Positions 27,198 through 37,724 are shown, counted from the stretch's first letter. The stretch is 64,000 nucleotides of DNA from Deltaproteobacteria bacterium (GCA_016202395.1 JACQOV010000095.1:1335-65334), one strand, 5' to 3'. Numbers and translations are program-made. The notes: generated by a model not told the origin, from the letters alone.

Positions 27198-27757
27198 TTC
27201 GGCGTCGGGCTCTCCTCTTTCCCTTTATAGGCCCGACCGATGACGACATCGGGAGAAACCCATCGTAGATAATCCTTCATCCCGGCGTAAACAAAACGGG
27301 AGATCCCCGATTCATTGGGGCGGATTTCGGGCCAATCTTGGGGCCGGCTCGACGGAATCTCCGTGTAATCGATGACCACAGCCCCAGGCTTTCCCATCGC
27401 TGGCTTCACTACGTAATACCCTGGACCGGTGAGCCACGCCAAAGATTGATGATTGTAACCAGCAATCTTCCCATCGGGGGTCCGATAGAAAACTTTCTGA
27501 AAGTGAGTAAAAACAGGAAGGCTGTTTTTCCCCTCAAACGGAAAAGGGAGAAGCGCGGGCGCACCGGCTGGAACAAGAAAATCGAGCGTGACTGGCTCCG
27601 GGGCCTGCTGCGCAAGATCCCACAACCGCTCTTGTTGCCTTCGATTCAACGCAACCACTTGTCGGACCCTCTCCTCTTTGGACAAAGAGTTGAGATGTCG
27701 GGTGATCTCGGAAAGACTCCCCCCTTGTGTCTCAATGAACTCGATGAGCGTTTTCAT
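27170..27757 (-). CDS. hypothetical protein; partner of the Cas4-like nuclease
   Basis: The ORF extends to 27895, which would overlap metE by 130 nt. The likely start is the MKTLIEFIETQGG Met at about 27757. No recognisable motif. Confidence 0.45.
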   Translation of the reverse strand: MKTLIEFIETQGGSLSEITRHLNSLSKEERVRQVVALNRRQQERLWDLAQQAPEPVTLDFLVPAGAPALLPFPFEGKNSLPVFTHFQKVFYRTPDGKIAGYNHQSLAWLTGPGYYVVKPAMGKPGAVVIDYTEIPSSRPQDWPEIRPNESGISRFVYAGMKDYLRWVSPDVVIGRAYKGKEESPTPNWFLLCRSR

Positions 27758-27765
27758 AGCACCTC

Positions 27766-30063
27766 CTACCGTTTCTTTCTTCGGAGCTTCGCAAACTGGA
27801 GCCTCATCACCTGGGCTGAGAGGACCATATTCCGAAGAGAGGGAAGAACCTCTCCCCATTTTCGCGTCTTCAAACCACAATCGGGATTCACCCAAATCTG
27901 CCCCTCCGGGATCACCTGAACCGCTCGACGCAACAGACCGACCATCTCATCGGCCAGCGGAACCCTAGGAGAATGAATATCATAAATCCCAGGTCCAATG
28001 CCACTCCGGTACTTAAATTTTTGAAAACTCTCTAAAAGCTCCATCGGGGATCGGGACGATTCGATAGAGATCACATCGACATCCATCTCGGCAAGGGCGG
28101 GAAGGATATCGTTGAACTCCGCATAACACATGTGGGTGTGGATCTGGGTTTCATCTTTCACAGAGGAGCTGGCTAAACGGAAACACTCTGCAGCCCACTT
28201 GAAATATCCGGGCCAATCGCTCCTCCGCAAAGGGAGCGCTTCGCGAAAAGCCGGTTCATCGATCTGGATCACTCGAAGACCGGCTTTCTCAAGATCGAGG
28301 GCCTCTTGACGAATAGCCCACGCAATCTGCCGAGCCGTCTCCCAGCGGGGCTGGTCGTCCCGAACGAAGGACCACTCCAATATTGTGATAGGGCCAGTCA
28401 GCATCCCTTTCATCGGCTTAGAGGTCAGCGACTGAGCAAATTGGGCCCATCGAATCGTCATCGGTTTAGGCCGAACGATGTCCCCATAAAGGATGGGGGG
28501 TTTGACACAACGGGAACCATAACTTTGCACCCAACCGTTCTGCGTAAAAGCAAACCCTTCGAGCCGTTCCCCAAAGTACTCCACCATGTCATTTCGCTCA
28601 AACTCTCCATGGACCAGAATATCCATCTGCATCTGTTCCTGAAAGCGCACTGCCTTTCGAATCTCATTCTCTAAAAAGATCTCGTATTCGGAAAGAGTGA
28701 TTCGTCCTGCTTTGAAATCGGCTCGGGCCGCTCGCACCTCCGGTGTTTGAGGAAAGGAGCCGATCGTGGTTGTAGGAAAAATGGGAAGCTTTAAAGAACG
28801 CTGCGCCTTCTTCCTTGTGGAATAAGGGCTGCAACGCTGGAGCATCTCAAGAGTTATTTTTTGAAGCTGCTTTCGAACCCGCGGTTTTAAAACGCGACCT
28901 GATTGTTTACGACTCTGTTCGGCTTGATCCGCTTCCTCAAAAAGGGGTTGAACCTTCTCCAAACCTTCATTCAAAGCACGAGTCAACGCCACAATCTCCT
29001 GAAGTTTCTGTTTCGCAAACGCCATCCACGACTTCATCTCTGTATCCAGACTGGTTTCCAGATCCAGATCGATGGGAACATGAAGAAGGGAACAGGAAGG
29101 GGCCACAAAAATCCGCTCACTCCCTATCTTTTCAATAACGCGTTCTAAAAGTGTGAGTGACTCGCGCAAACGATTGCGCCAAATATTTCTTCCATCGACA
29201 ACCCCTAAAGAGAGAACCCAATTCTCAGGGAGAGATCGCAAAATCGAATCGAGATCCCCTTTCCCCCGAACAAGATCGAGATGAATCCCCTCTACCGGAA
29301 GCGACAAAACCGTTTTGAGATTCTCTCGGTAGGCCTCAAAATAGCTGGTCAAAAGAAATTTCATTTGCCCTTTTTTCTTCGACAAATAAGAATACGCCTC
29401 GCGGAACGCTTGCAGCTCTGCGGGAGTCCGATCCAAAACAAAGCAGGGTTCATCGATCTGAATCCAATCGGCCCCTTCTTGAGAAAGCCGATTCACCATC
29501 TCCCCATAAACTGGCAAAAGGTTTGGCAAAAGATGAAGCGGCGCCATTTTTTTCTCTTTCGACTTCCCCAAAAGCAAAAAGGAGACGGGGCCCAAAAGAA
29601 CAGGACGTGTGAGAATGCCTAAATCCTTTGCCTCCCGAAACTCATCGACAATTTTGGTGGAAGCAAAATGGAATGCCTGTTTCGAGGTGAACTCCGGAAC
29701 GAGGTAGTGATAGTTGGTGTCGAACCATTTGGTCATCTCCATGGCGGTTAGGTTCTCTCCACCGCGAGCCATGGCAAAATAGGTTTTCAGGTCGATTTGA
29801 GAACGATCCGATCCGTACCGCTCTGGAATGGCCCCCACCATCGCGCAAGTGTCCAAGACGTGATCGTAGAGGGAAAAATCGTTGGAGGGGATCTGTTCGA
29901 TTCCTAGCGCCTGTTGCAGGCGCCAATGGCGCCTTCGAAGCTCTCGCCCCACCGTTAGAAGCTGTTCTTCGCTGATCTTCCCCGACCAAAATGACTCGAG
30001 GGCGCGCTTCAGCTCGCGATCTCGCCCAATCCGTGGAAAACCTAAATGGGTGGCAACGGCCAT
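27766..30063 (-). CDS. metE: cobalamin-independent methionine synthase
   Basis: 765 aa. MetE N-terminus (LGFPRIG..REL) and two UroD-like domains. Confidence 0.95.
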   Translation of the reverse strand: MAVATHLGFPRIGRDRELKRALESFWSGKISEEQLLTVGRELRRRHWRLQQALGIEQIPSNDFSLYDHVLDTCAMVGAIPERYGSDRSQIDLKTYFAMARGGENLTAMEMTKWFDTNYHYLVPEFTSKQAFHFASTKIVDEFREAKDLGILTRPVLLGPVSFLLLGKSKEKKMAPLHLLPNLLPVYGEMVNRLSQEGADWIQIDEPCFVLDRTPAELQAFREAYSYLSKKKGQMKFLLTSYFEAYRENLKTVLSLPVEGIHLDLVRGKGDLDSILRSLPENWVLSLGVVDGRNIWRNRLRESLTLLERVIEKIGSERIFVAPSCSLLHVPIDLDLETSLDTEMKSWMAFAKQKLQEIVALTRALNEGLEKVQPLFEEADQAEQSRKQSGRVLKPRVRKQLQKITLEMLQRCSPYSTRKKAQRSLKLPIFPTTTIGSFPQTPEVRAARADFKAGRITLSEYEIFLENEIRKAVRFQEQMQMDILVHGEFERNDMVEYFGERLEGFAFTQNGWVQSYGSRCVKPPILYGDIVRPKPMTIRWAQFAQSLTSKPMKGMLTGPITILEWSFVRDDQPRWETARQIAWAIRQEALDLEKAGLRVIQIDEPAFREALPLRRSDWPGYFKWAAECFRLASSSVKDETQIHTHMCYAEFNDILPALAEMDVDVISIESSRSPMELLESFQKFKYRSGIGPGIYDIHSPRVPLADEMVGLLRRAVQVIPEGQIWVNPDCGLKTRKWGEVLPSLRNMVLSAQVMRLQFAKLRRKKR

Positions 30064-30070
30064 CTTCTCT

Positions 30071-31093
30071 TTACCCTGTTCTCAAAAGGTATCTTTCGCG
30101 ATAAATGCTAACCAACGTAAACATCACCACAATCAAAAGTGGCCCCATTAAAAGCCCCTTGATTCCGTAAAGATGAACTCCCCCTAAAAGACCAAAGAAG
30201 AGCCAAAGGAATGGCAGCTTCGCCCCACGCCCAATCAAAACTGGCCTCAAAAAATTGTCGACCAACCCCACTACCACCCCTCCCCATACGACCAGAAAAA
30301 TCCCCGCTGCAAACCGTTCTTCCAGGCACAGAAGAAGGGCAATCGGTCCCCAGACAACCGGCGGCCCCACGAAAGGGATACAAGCGACCAACGCGGTTAA
30401 AAACGCCAATGTGACGGGGGCTGTGGCCCCCGCAATCCAATAGCCGATGCCCGAGGCAACCCCTTGAGCCGCGGCGGCGATAAAGACGCCGCGAACCACC
30501 GCCAGGGTTGTTTCCGAGAGCCGTTCCACAATGAGCTTTTTATCCTTGGGATCCATCGGAATGAGTTCCTGAATCTTGGTTAAAAAGGTGGGGCCATCCC
30601 GAAACAGGAAAAAAGTGGCCATCATGAAAACACCGACGTTCACCACAAACTGGAAGGTGTTTTGAAGCGTCTTTTTCCCAGACTCTAGAACAAAATCACT
30701 AACCCCTTGAGCCACACTCCGGAGCATTTCCCGGAGATCCATTCCATAAGGGATAAAAAAACTCTCCAACTTTTTGAAAAGGGGCCAAGAACCTTGCAAG
30801 AAATCCTCGGTTCTCGGAAGAATCCGAGCCACCTCTTGAATCGCATTCCAAAGAAAGAAAAGGAGTGGAATCCCGATCGTGAGAACCACAACAGCGGAGC
30901 TCAGGAGGGCGGCGAGATTCTTCCTATCTTTGAGAAAAATCTGCACGTTTCGGTGCAGAGGGTAGGCAATCAAAACGGCCACCCCCGCCAAAAGCAACCC
31001 CCCCACAAAAGGGGAAAGGATCAGCAAAAGCTGATAAAGAAGAAAAAGAAAGAGGGCGACAAAAAAATAGACTGATAGCTTCTCCCGTGTCAT
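30071..31093 (-). CDS. AI-2E family transporter (PerM/UPF0118)
   Basis: 340-aa polytopic protein with the AI-2E family topology and conserved glycine-rich helices. Confidence 0.75.
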   Translation of the reverse strand: MTREKLSVYFFVALFLFLLYQLLLILSPFVGGLLLAGVAVLIAYPLHRNVQIFLKDRKNLAALLSSAVVVLTIGIPLLFFLWNAIQEVARILPRTEDFLQGSWPLFKKLESFFIPYGMDLREMLRSVAQGVSDFVLESGKKTLQNTFQFVVNVGVFMMATFFLFRDGPTFLTKIQELIPMDPKDKKLIVERLSETTLAVVRGVFIAAAAQGVASGIGYWIAGATAPVTLAFLTALVACIPFVGPPVVWGPIALLLCLEERFAAGIFLVVWGGVVVGLVDNFLRPVLIGRGAKLPFLWLFFGLLGGVHLYGIKGLLMGPLLIVVMFTLVSIYRERYLLRTG

Positions 31094-31131
31094 GGTGTTT
31101 TAATAACAGACCCAACACGCAGTAGCAAGGT

Positions 31132-31392
31132 TTGACTTTTTCATCGTTTTGCGCCATGTTAGTAAGAAATATGGACTATCATAGATATATCACTATCGAA
31201 CCTGGGAAAAGGGGAGGGAAACCTTGCATTCGAGGATTACGAATCGCGGTGTACGATATCCTAGAATATCTCGCCTCTGGAATGACGGAGGAGGAAATCC
31301 TGAACGATTTCCCAGATCTTACCCCTGAAGATATCAAGGCTTGTTTGGCTTTCGCGGCCGATCGTGAGCGGAAACTCCTAGCGCTGGCGTGA
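31132..31392 (+). CDS. DUF433 family antitoxin-like protein
   Basis: Motif ITIEPGKRGGKPCIRGLRIAVYDIL..G. The start may be the internal MDYHRY Met. Confidence 0.7.
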   Translation: MTFSSFCAMLVRNMDYHRYITIEPGKRGGKPCIRGLRIAVYDILEYLASGMTEEEILNDFPDLTPEDIKACLAFAADRERKLLALA

Positions 31393-31721
31393 AACTCCTT
31401 TTAGATCAAAATATCTCCCACCGGCTCGTTGCCATCCTCAAAGGCCTCTTCCCAAAGGTGTCCCATGTGCGAGAGCACGGGTTGAAACAAGCCGATGATG
31501 AAGCCGTTTGGGAATTTGCTCGCAAGAACGATTTTATGATCGTTTCGAAGGATTCCGATTTTCATCAAAGAAGCTTCCTCTATGGATATCCCCCTAAGAT
31601 TATTTGGTTGCGCGTTGGAAACTGTTCAACTCAAGACCTTGAAAATATTTTTAGAACTTATCGAAAGACCATTGAAAAATTCTATCAAAATGAGGAGGCT
31701 TCTTTCCTAATATTACCATAA
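31389..31721 (+). CDS. DUF5615 family PIN-like protein (cognate partner of DUF433)
   Basis: GTG start overlapping the upstream stop. MKLLLDQNIS... is typical of DUF5615. Confidence 0.65.
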   Translation: MKLLLDQNISHRLVAILKGLFPKVSHVREHGLKQADDEAVWEFARKNDFMIVSKDSDFHQRSFLYGYPPKIIWLRVGNCSTQDLENIFRTYRKTIEKFYQNEEASFLILP

Positions 31722-31738
31722 TTTGACAGGAAAACTTT

Positions 31739-32542
31739 ATGAAACTCAAAAATCGGGTGGCGATTGTGACAGGAGCGAGTCGAGGGGTTGGACGATCTGT
31801 GGCTCTGGCTTTGGCCCGCGAGGGATGCGACATCGCGCTCGCGGCGAAAACGGTGGAACCCCACCCTAAACTCCCCGGGACTCTAGGGAGTGTGGCCCAA
31901 GAGGTGGAGGCCCTGGGGCGAAAGGCGTTGTCGATTCAAACCGATGTTCGCTTTGTGGATCAAATCGAGGCTATGGTGGAGAAAACGGTCGAAGCCTTTG
32001 GCCGAGTCGACATTCTCATTAACAACGCCGGAGCGGCTTGGTGGTATAATATGGAAGAGACTCCTGAGAAAAAATTCGATCTTGTGATGAATGTCAACTG
32101 CAAAGGCCCTTTCTTTGCCGCTCAAGCGGTCCTCCCTCACATGAAGAAAAACCGATGGGGACACATCGTGAACATGTCCCCTCCGATCCAGCCTGAGATG
32201 GCCGGAGGAAAGATTGCCTACATGATTTCCAAATTCGGGATGACCCTTCTCACCCACGGACTTGCCAAAGAAGCAGCGGGATCCAACATCGCTGTCAATT
32301 CTCTTTGGCCCGTCACACTCATTGAAAGTTTGGCCACGATTAACCTTGGGTTAGGAACTCCCGAAAATTGGAGGAAGGCCGATATCTTAGCCGATGCCAC
32401 GGTCGCTATTGTTACAAAAGAACCCCGTTCGCGAAGTGGCCAAGCTCTATTCGACGAGGATGTTTTGCGCGAAGAGGGGATAAAAAACTTTGATCATTAT
32501 GCTTGTGTTCCTGGCTCTACCCCCATGGTCATTCCTTGGTAG
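31739..32542 (+). CDS. SDR family oxidoreductase
   Basis: TGASRGVG Rossmann motif and NNAG. The catalytic YxxxK context is present. Confidence 0.85.
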   Translation: MKLKNRVAIVTGASRGVGRSVALALAREGCDIALAAKTVEPHPKLPGTLGSVAQEVEALGRKALSIQTDVRFVDQIEAMVEKTVEAFGRVDILINNAGAAWWYNMEETPEKKFDLVMNVNCKGPFFAAQAVLPHMKKNRWGHIVNMSPPIQPEMAGGKIAYMISKFGMTLLTHGLAKEAAGSNIAVNSLWPVTLIESLATINLGLGTPENWRKADILADATVAIVTKEPRSRSGQALFDEDVLREEGIKNFDHYACVPGSTPMVIPW

Positions 32543-32697
32543 CACAAACGCAATAAATGGCGTTATACTTTGTTGCCCTCGTCGGCCACTCCCTGCGGCG
32601 TACCTCCAAAGTACGCCTCGGTCGGGCCTCCTCGGGCGCCGCGTCTAACGCCATTTCTTGCGTTTGTTAGAATGTCACTTTGTTTGATACATCTATA

Positions 32698-33843
32698 TTA
32701 AACTCGACCGCTCACAACAACTTGGTAGCCCTCATAAGTTTCCTGTGCTGTTCTTTCCCATGAAAATTCCTTGGCTCTTTGAAAACCTCTCTGAATGAGG
32801 CTTTTCCGAAGATCGGGCTTTTCAATGAGTTGTAACATCCCATCTCGAATCGATTCCACATCGTGTGGATCGACCAAGATCGCCGCATCGCCAGCCACCT
32901 CCGCCATTGAGGAGCAATTGGAAGTAATCACCGGGCAGCCGCACTGCATCGCCTCCAAAATCGGCAACCCAAAACCCTCGACCAGTGAGACATACGTCAA
33001 CGCAAAAGCCTGGCTATAAAGAGAGGCTAATTCTTCATCGGTAACCCCCACCCAGGAATGAACATAGTTCTGCACAGAATATCTTTTGGCCATCTCTTGA
33101 ATCTTCTCACGTGGACCGCTGATCAACAATAAACGAAAACGTTTCCGAATATCGGCTGGCAATAATGAAAAGGCTTCAATTAAACCCAGAACGTTCTTCC
33201 TAGGATTAAGACTGCCTACATATAAGAAAAAAGGGGCCTCCCTCGGAATCCCGTATTTTGAGAAAATCTTTTCATGGGGGGCCGTCGGCTTAAACTCGGG
33301 ACCCGCCGCTTCAAAGGTCACACGAATCCGATCTCTTGCGCTCGGTGCATACTCCACAATGTCATTTAAGACCGAATAAGAAGGCGCAAAAATTAACTGG
33401 GAATTTTTCAAAATGAAATGGAAACTTTTTTCGAAAGCGCGAGTCCGACTCGCTTTGGTCTCTTTCAGACCAAGTTGAATCGGAATGATGTCATGAACGG
33501 TAGTTACCAAATTGTGAATACGCCCCATCGGGATATGGCAGGGATCCGTTGCATGAATAATGTCGAATTGTGGAGCCAACTTTCGTAAAGCGATCCCATT
33601 CACACGCCTCATGAGGGATCGAAATAAGGGACCTAACATACTCTCATGGAAAAACTTACGCACAAATGGAATATTGAAATCCTTATAGAGCGAATCCTGA
33701 TTGCGAGCTGCTCGCCGGGCTGTCGTCAATACCTGTAACTCCAATGTGGGATAAAGGTGGACTAAGGCGTTAATAAGATTACGATGATAGACATTCATCC
33801 CCACGGCATCAACAATGTGCATGGAATAAACTCCAACCTTCAT
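32698..33843 (-). CDS. glycosyltransferase family 4 (tandem paralog A)
   Basis: GT-B C-terminal EGFGLPILEAMQCGCPVITS. The C-terminal 95 aa are about 85% identical to the next gene. Confidence 0.85.
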   Translation of the reverse strand: MKVGVYSMHIVDAVGMNVYHRNLINALVHLYPTLELQVLTTARRAARNQDSLYKDFNIPFVRKFFHESMLGPLFRSLMRRVNGIALRKLAPQFDIIHATDPCHIPMGRIHNLVTTVHDIIPIQLGLKETKASRTRAFEKSFHFILKNSQLIFAPSYSVLNDIVEYAPSARDRIRVTFEAAGPEFKPTAPHEKIFSKYGIPREAPFFLYVGSLNPRKNVLGLIEAFSLLPADIRKRFRLLLISGPREKIQEMAKRYSVQNYVHSWVGVTDEELASLYSQAFALTYVSLVEGFGLPILEAMQCGCPVITSNCSSMAEVAGDAAILVDPHDVESIRDGMLQLIEKPDLRKSLIQRGFQRAKEFSWERTAQETYEGYQVVVSGRV

Positions 33844-34997
33844 GATACCTCCCCTCGCAGAACCGCTTGATAGCCTTTATAAGTTTCTTGAGCGGTTTTC
33901 TCCCAAGAAAATTCTTTGGCCCTTTGGAATCCCTTTTTAGTAAGGCTCTGACGAAGGTCAGGCTTTTCAATCAGCTGCAACATCCCATCTCGAATCGATT
34001 CTACATTGTAAGGATCGACTAAAATAGCCGCATCCCCTGCAACCTCGGGCATAGAGGAGCAATTCGACGTGATGACAGGACAACCACATTGCATCGCTTC
34101 GAGAATCGGAAGGCCAAACCCTTCGGAGAGTGAAGGATAAACACAAGCGAAAGCTCCATTATAAAGATGGACGAGATCTGAATCCGAAATCCCCGCCAAA
34201 TGGAGAAATCTCTCCGATAATGAAAGGTCTCGAACCTTTTCATAAACTTTCCGCTTTTGAGATGCGCTCCCATCCCCTGCGATAAAAACGAGCTTGAATT
34301 TTTCCTGAATGTTTCGGGGTAAAGTGGCAAAGGCCTCTATGAGACGTAATAGATTTTTTCTATAAAAAATATCGCCCACATAAAGAAAATAACTTGTTTT
34401 CGGATCAAGCCCCCATTTTCTAAGGAGATCTCGATTGAGCGGTGTCGGACGAAATTGTTCATGGGTCGCTTCATAGGTGACCCAAACTTTCCCTTCAGAG
34501 TCAGGAAAGTATTTTAGGAGCTCTTGAGCCACAAAGTGGGAAGGAACGCAAATGAGTCGGGAATGCTTAACAATAAAAGGAACATTGAGTTTTACTGCTT
34601 CTTCGGCCTTCGTCATCTCGTTCCACTCATAAAAACAGGTTAAATCGTGGATCGTGGCCACGAAATTGGAAATCTTAACCCTAGGAAACCGGACCGTATC
34701 GGTAAAGTGAATGATATCCATCTTTTTTGAAATCATTTCCCATTTCCATTGATTGATAAGTCGAATCAAGGGAGCTCCTACAGACCCCAACATGCTGGGG
34801 TGCAAAAGATCCGTGTTGTAATGGATATTATCTTGAGTCGTAAAGTGATTCCTCAATTTCCTCGCCTTGTGACGAGTCGTCAAGAAATAGATTCCATCCT
34901 CTCCAGAGATTCTGGCCATCGATCGTGAAAGATGTCGTGTATAATTCCATGTTCCACCACGCGGATAATGGTAGATTTGGTAGTATCCTATTTTCAT
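33840..34997 (-). CDS. glycosyltransferase family 4 (tandem paralog B)
   Basis: Same EGFGLPILEAMQCGCPVITS motif. Stop/start overlap with paralog A. Confidence 0.85.
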   Translation of the reverse strand: MKIGYYQIYHYPRGGTWNYTRHLSRSMARISGEDGIYFLTTRHKARKLRNHFTTQDNIHYNTDLLHPSMLGSVGAPLIRLINQWKWEMISKKMDIIHFTDTVRFPRVKISNFVATIHDLTCFYEWNEMTKAEEAVKLNVPFIVKHSRLICVPSHFVAQELLKYFPDSEGKVWVTYEATHEQFRPTPLNRDLLRKWGLDPKTSYFLYVGDIFYRKNLLRLIEAFATLPRNIQEKFKLVFIAGDGSASQKRKVYEKVRDLSLSERFLHLAGISDSDLVHLYNGAFACVYPSLSEGFGLPILEAMQCGCPVITSNCSSMPEVAGDAAILVDPYNVESIRDGMLQLIEKPDLRQSLTKKGFQRAKEFSWEKTAQETYKGYQAVLRGEVS

Positions 34998-35000
34998 TAT

Positions 35001-35948
35001 TCATCTCAACAACTCTTTAAAATATTTGATCGTCCTTTTCAAACCCTCTTCAAAATTTACCTTGGGCTGCCAATCGAGCTCTTTCATCGCAAAGGTGATG
35101 TCAGGTCGCCTTCTCAGGGGGTCATCTTGTGGAAGGGGCTTTTGAACAATCTTTGAAGAAGAACCTGTGAGCTGGATAATCTTTTCAGCGATCTCCAGAA
35201 TTGAATTCTCATGTGGATTTCCTAGATTCACTGGACCCGTTAAAGAGTCTTCCGAATTCATCATGCGAATCAATCCCTCAACCATATCGTCCACATAACA
35301 GAACGATCGCGTCTGAGTTCCATCACCATAAATGGTAAGATCGTCGCCTTGAAGAGCCTGCACGATAAAATTACTAACAACTCGACCATCATTGGGATGC
35401 ATGTTGGGCCCGAAGGTATTGAATATGCGAACGACCTTAATCTTTAAATTCAACTGTCGATGGTAATCAAAAAATAAAGTTTCCGCACAGCGTTTTCCTT
35501 CATCATAGCAAGATCGAGGACCGATGGGGTTCACATGTCCCCAATAATCCTCCCTCTGAGGATGAACTTGGGGATCTCCATAAATCTCACTGGTAGAAGC
35601 CTGAAGAATAGGGGCCTGAAGCCTTTTAGCCAGTCCCAGCAAATTGATCGCACCATGAACGCTTATTTTCGTCGTTTGAATAGGATCGTGCTGATAATGA
35701 ACAGGGGAGGCAGGGCAAGCGAGGTTATAAATCTCATCCACTTCTACGTAAAGAGGGAAACAAATATCGTGCCGCAGCATTTCAAAGTAAGGATTGGATA
35801 ATAAAGGGACGATGTTTCGTTTAGAACCCGTAAAAAAGTTATCCACACAAATGACTTCATTCCCTTCCTTTAACAATCTGCTGCAAAGATGGGATCCAAT
35901 AAAACCGGCTCCCCCTGTTACCAAAATCCGCTTCCTCTCTTGTTTCAT
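35001..35948 (-). CDS. uxs: UDP-glucuronate decarboxylase (UDP-xylose synthase)
   Basis: 315 aa. High identity to UXS1-type enzymes across [55 protein letters not shown] and RIFNTFGP. Confidence 0.9.
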   Translation of the reverse strand: MKQERKRILVTGGAGFIGSHLCSRLLKEGNEVICVDNFFTGSKRNIVPLLSNPYFEMLRHDICFPLYVEVDEIYNLACPASPVHYQHDPIQTTKISVHGAINLLGLAKRLQAPILQASTSEIYGDPQVHPQREDYWGHVNPIGPRSCYDEGKRCAETLFFDYHRQLNLKIKVVRIFNTFGPNMHPNDGRVVSNFIVQALQGDDLTIYGDGTQTRSFCYVDDMVEGLIRMMNSEDSLTGPVNLGNPHENSILEIAEKIIQLTGSSSKIVQKPLPQDDPLRRRPDITFAMKELDWQPKVNFEEGLKRTIKYFKELLR

Positions 35949-35986
35949 CTCTATCTTCCTATTATCAATGCGCCAAATTTGCTATA

Positions 35987-37096
35987 GTGGCCTGCCAAAC
36001 AAAAACACCGATGGATTATAGATGCATCAAAGACTTTAGTAAAGAAACCTTCCCTGAGCATCGAGGCTGTATAAAATTCAAAGATATCCTCGAAAAAGAA
36101 TATCGTTATTGGTTTCTGGCTAAAGAAAAGGTTACCTCCGAGCTTTTAAACCACACTTCCCACGTCGATAAAACAGATCTGGCTAGGAGCCTCTACGGGG
36201 AAAGAGATCTATTATTTAGAAGAAAGAGAAACAGAACGCGCTTTCAAATCGTTGGCAATAAATTATACTTTATTGGAGGCTATTCTCGAGCCCACGCAAG
36301 AGAAAGACAATGGAGAAAGATTCTAAAAAAGTTATTAGAGTATGCTCCCCTTGTAGATACCGATTTCGTTATCAATATGCTCGATGAACCCTGCGTGATC
36401 AAACATTCCTGCGTGCCACTATTTTCCATCTGCAAAACGGACGCTCACGAGGACCTGCTGTTACCTAACTTTTTTGGAATGCAAACTTTTACAGATCCGT
36501 ATTCGTGGGAGCAGAAAGAAAATAGATGCATTTGGCGTGGAAGCACTACTGGCGGAGGAAACCTTCATGGGTGTTGGAAAAAATATCCAAGAAGCGTTTT
36601 GGTGCGGCTCAAAGAGCAATTCCCAGATCTGGACGTTGCCTATACGGGCTTTGTTCAATATGACAAGAGAACACTTCCTTCGATGCAAAATTCCTTATCG
36701 CTAGGGCAATATGTCTCCCTCAAAGATCAGTGCGCCTACAAATACTTTGTTCAAGTGGATGGTAACACCACCGCCTGGCGTTTCGTGGATCTTTTGGCAT
36801 CGAACTCAGTCGTTTTCAAACAAGAATCTCCATTTTACGAGTTTTATTATCCGCTTCTAAAAGCCAATGAGCACTATATTCCTATTGGACCTTATTGCGA
36901 GGATCTGCCCCAAAAGATCGAATGGGCAAAAGGAAATGACTGTGAGGCCAAAAAGATTTCTGAAAATGCAAGCCGGTCCGTACGTGAAAACTTAACGATC
37001 CACGATTATTATTGTTACCTATGGAATACTCTAACACTCTATACTCAACTCTTAGGCTTCAAAGTGTCTGTGCACAGCAAGGCTAAAAGGGCCTAA
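35987..37096 (+). CDS. CAP10 / glycosyltransferase family 90 domain protein (LPS or capsule-modifying glycosyltransferase)
   Basis: 369 aa. GT90-like C-terminal region (FVQVDGNTTAWRF..YYP). AT-rich. Confidence 0.6.
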   Translation: MACQTKTPMDYRCIKDFSKETFPEHRGCIKFKDILEKEYRYWFLAKEKVTSELLNHTSHVDKTDLARSLYGERDLLFRRKRNRTRFQIVGNKLYFIGGYSRAHARERQWRKILKKLLEYAPLVDTDFVINMLDEPCVIKHSCVPLFSICKTDAHEDLLLPNFFGMQTFTDPYSWEQKENRCIWRGSTTGGGNLHGCWKKYPRSVLVRLKEQFPDLDVAYTGFVQYDKRTLPSMQNSLSLGQYVSLKDQCAYKYFVQVDGNTTAWRFVDLLASNSVVFKQESPFYEFYYPLLKANEHYIPIGPYCEDLPQKIEWAKGNDCEAKKISENASRSVRENLTIHDYYCYLWNTLTLYTQLLGFKVSVHSKAKRA

Positions 37097-37139
37097 AGGA
37101 TCCCCCTTTTTGGATATCCATTAAATAGATTCTTCCCCA

Positions 37140-37724
37140 TTAGGACTCGCTATTAACGCTTAAAAATCTAGTCACCGCTTCTAACAGGTTTTCTGAGATA
37201 ACTATCGGCTTTAGATCATCATTCTTAGATAAACGATTTTCAAATTCCCCAAGGCCAAAACCTGTTTTTACCAAGATGCTTTGGATTCCAACATTCTGAG
37301 CTAGTTGAAGATCGATGGATTGATCACCGATAAGACAACATTGAGGCAAATCAAGGCCATGCTCTTTCACCGCTTGTTCGATCATGCCGGTCTTAGGTTT
37401 CCGACAACGACAATTCTCTCGGTAAGGAGGGTTCCCTTCAGGATGATGGGGGCAATAATAAACCCCATCGAAATGGGCTCCTTCTTTCCGTAAATGTTCT
37501 TTCAAAATCTCATGAGTCTCACAAACAAAGGATTCTGGGAAGAAACCGCGCGCAACCCCGGCCTGATTCGTTATTAGGATTGCTTTAAATCCACTTTCAT
37601 TAACCTTACGGATGGCCTCTGCCGTCCAAGGAAAAATTCGAAAACGAGAAATATGGTTAATGTATCCCATCTCCTCGCAAACGGTTCCATCTCTATCGAT
37701 AAAGATCGCTTTGTCCTTTTTCAT
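37140..37724 (-). CDS. gmhB: D-glycero-D-manno-heptose 1,7-bisphosphate phosphatase (HAD-IIIA)
   Basis: DRDGT motif and CxC zinc motifs (CRCRKPK). The likely start is the MKKDKAIFIDRDGT Met within ORF 37140..37799. Confidence 0.8.
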   Translation of the reverse strand: MKKDKAIFIDRDGTVCEEMGYINHISRFRIFPWTAEAIRKVNESGFKAILITNQAGVARGFFPESFVCETHEILKEHLRKEGAHFDGVYYCPHHPEGNPPYRENCRCRKPKTGMIEQAVKEHGLDLPQCCLIGDQSIDLQLAQNVGIQSILVKTGFGLGEFENRLSKNDDLKPIVISENLLEAVTRFLSVNSES

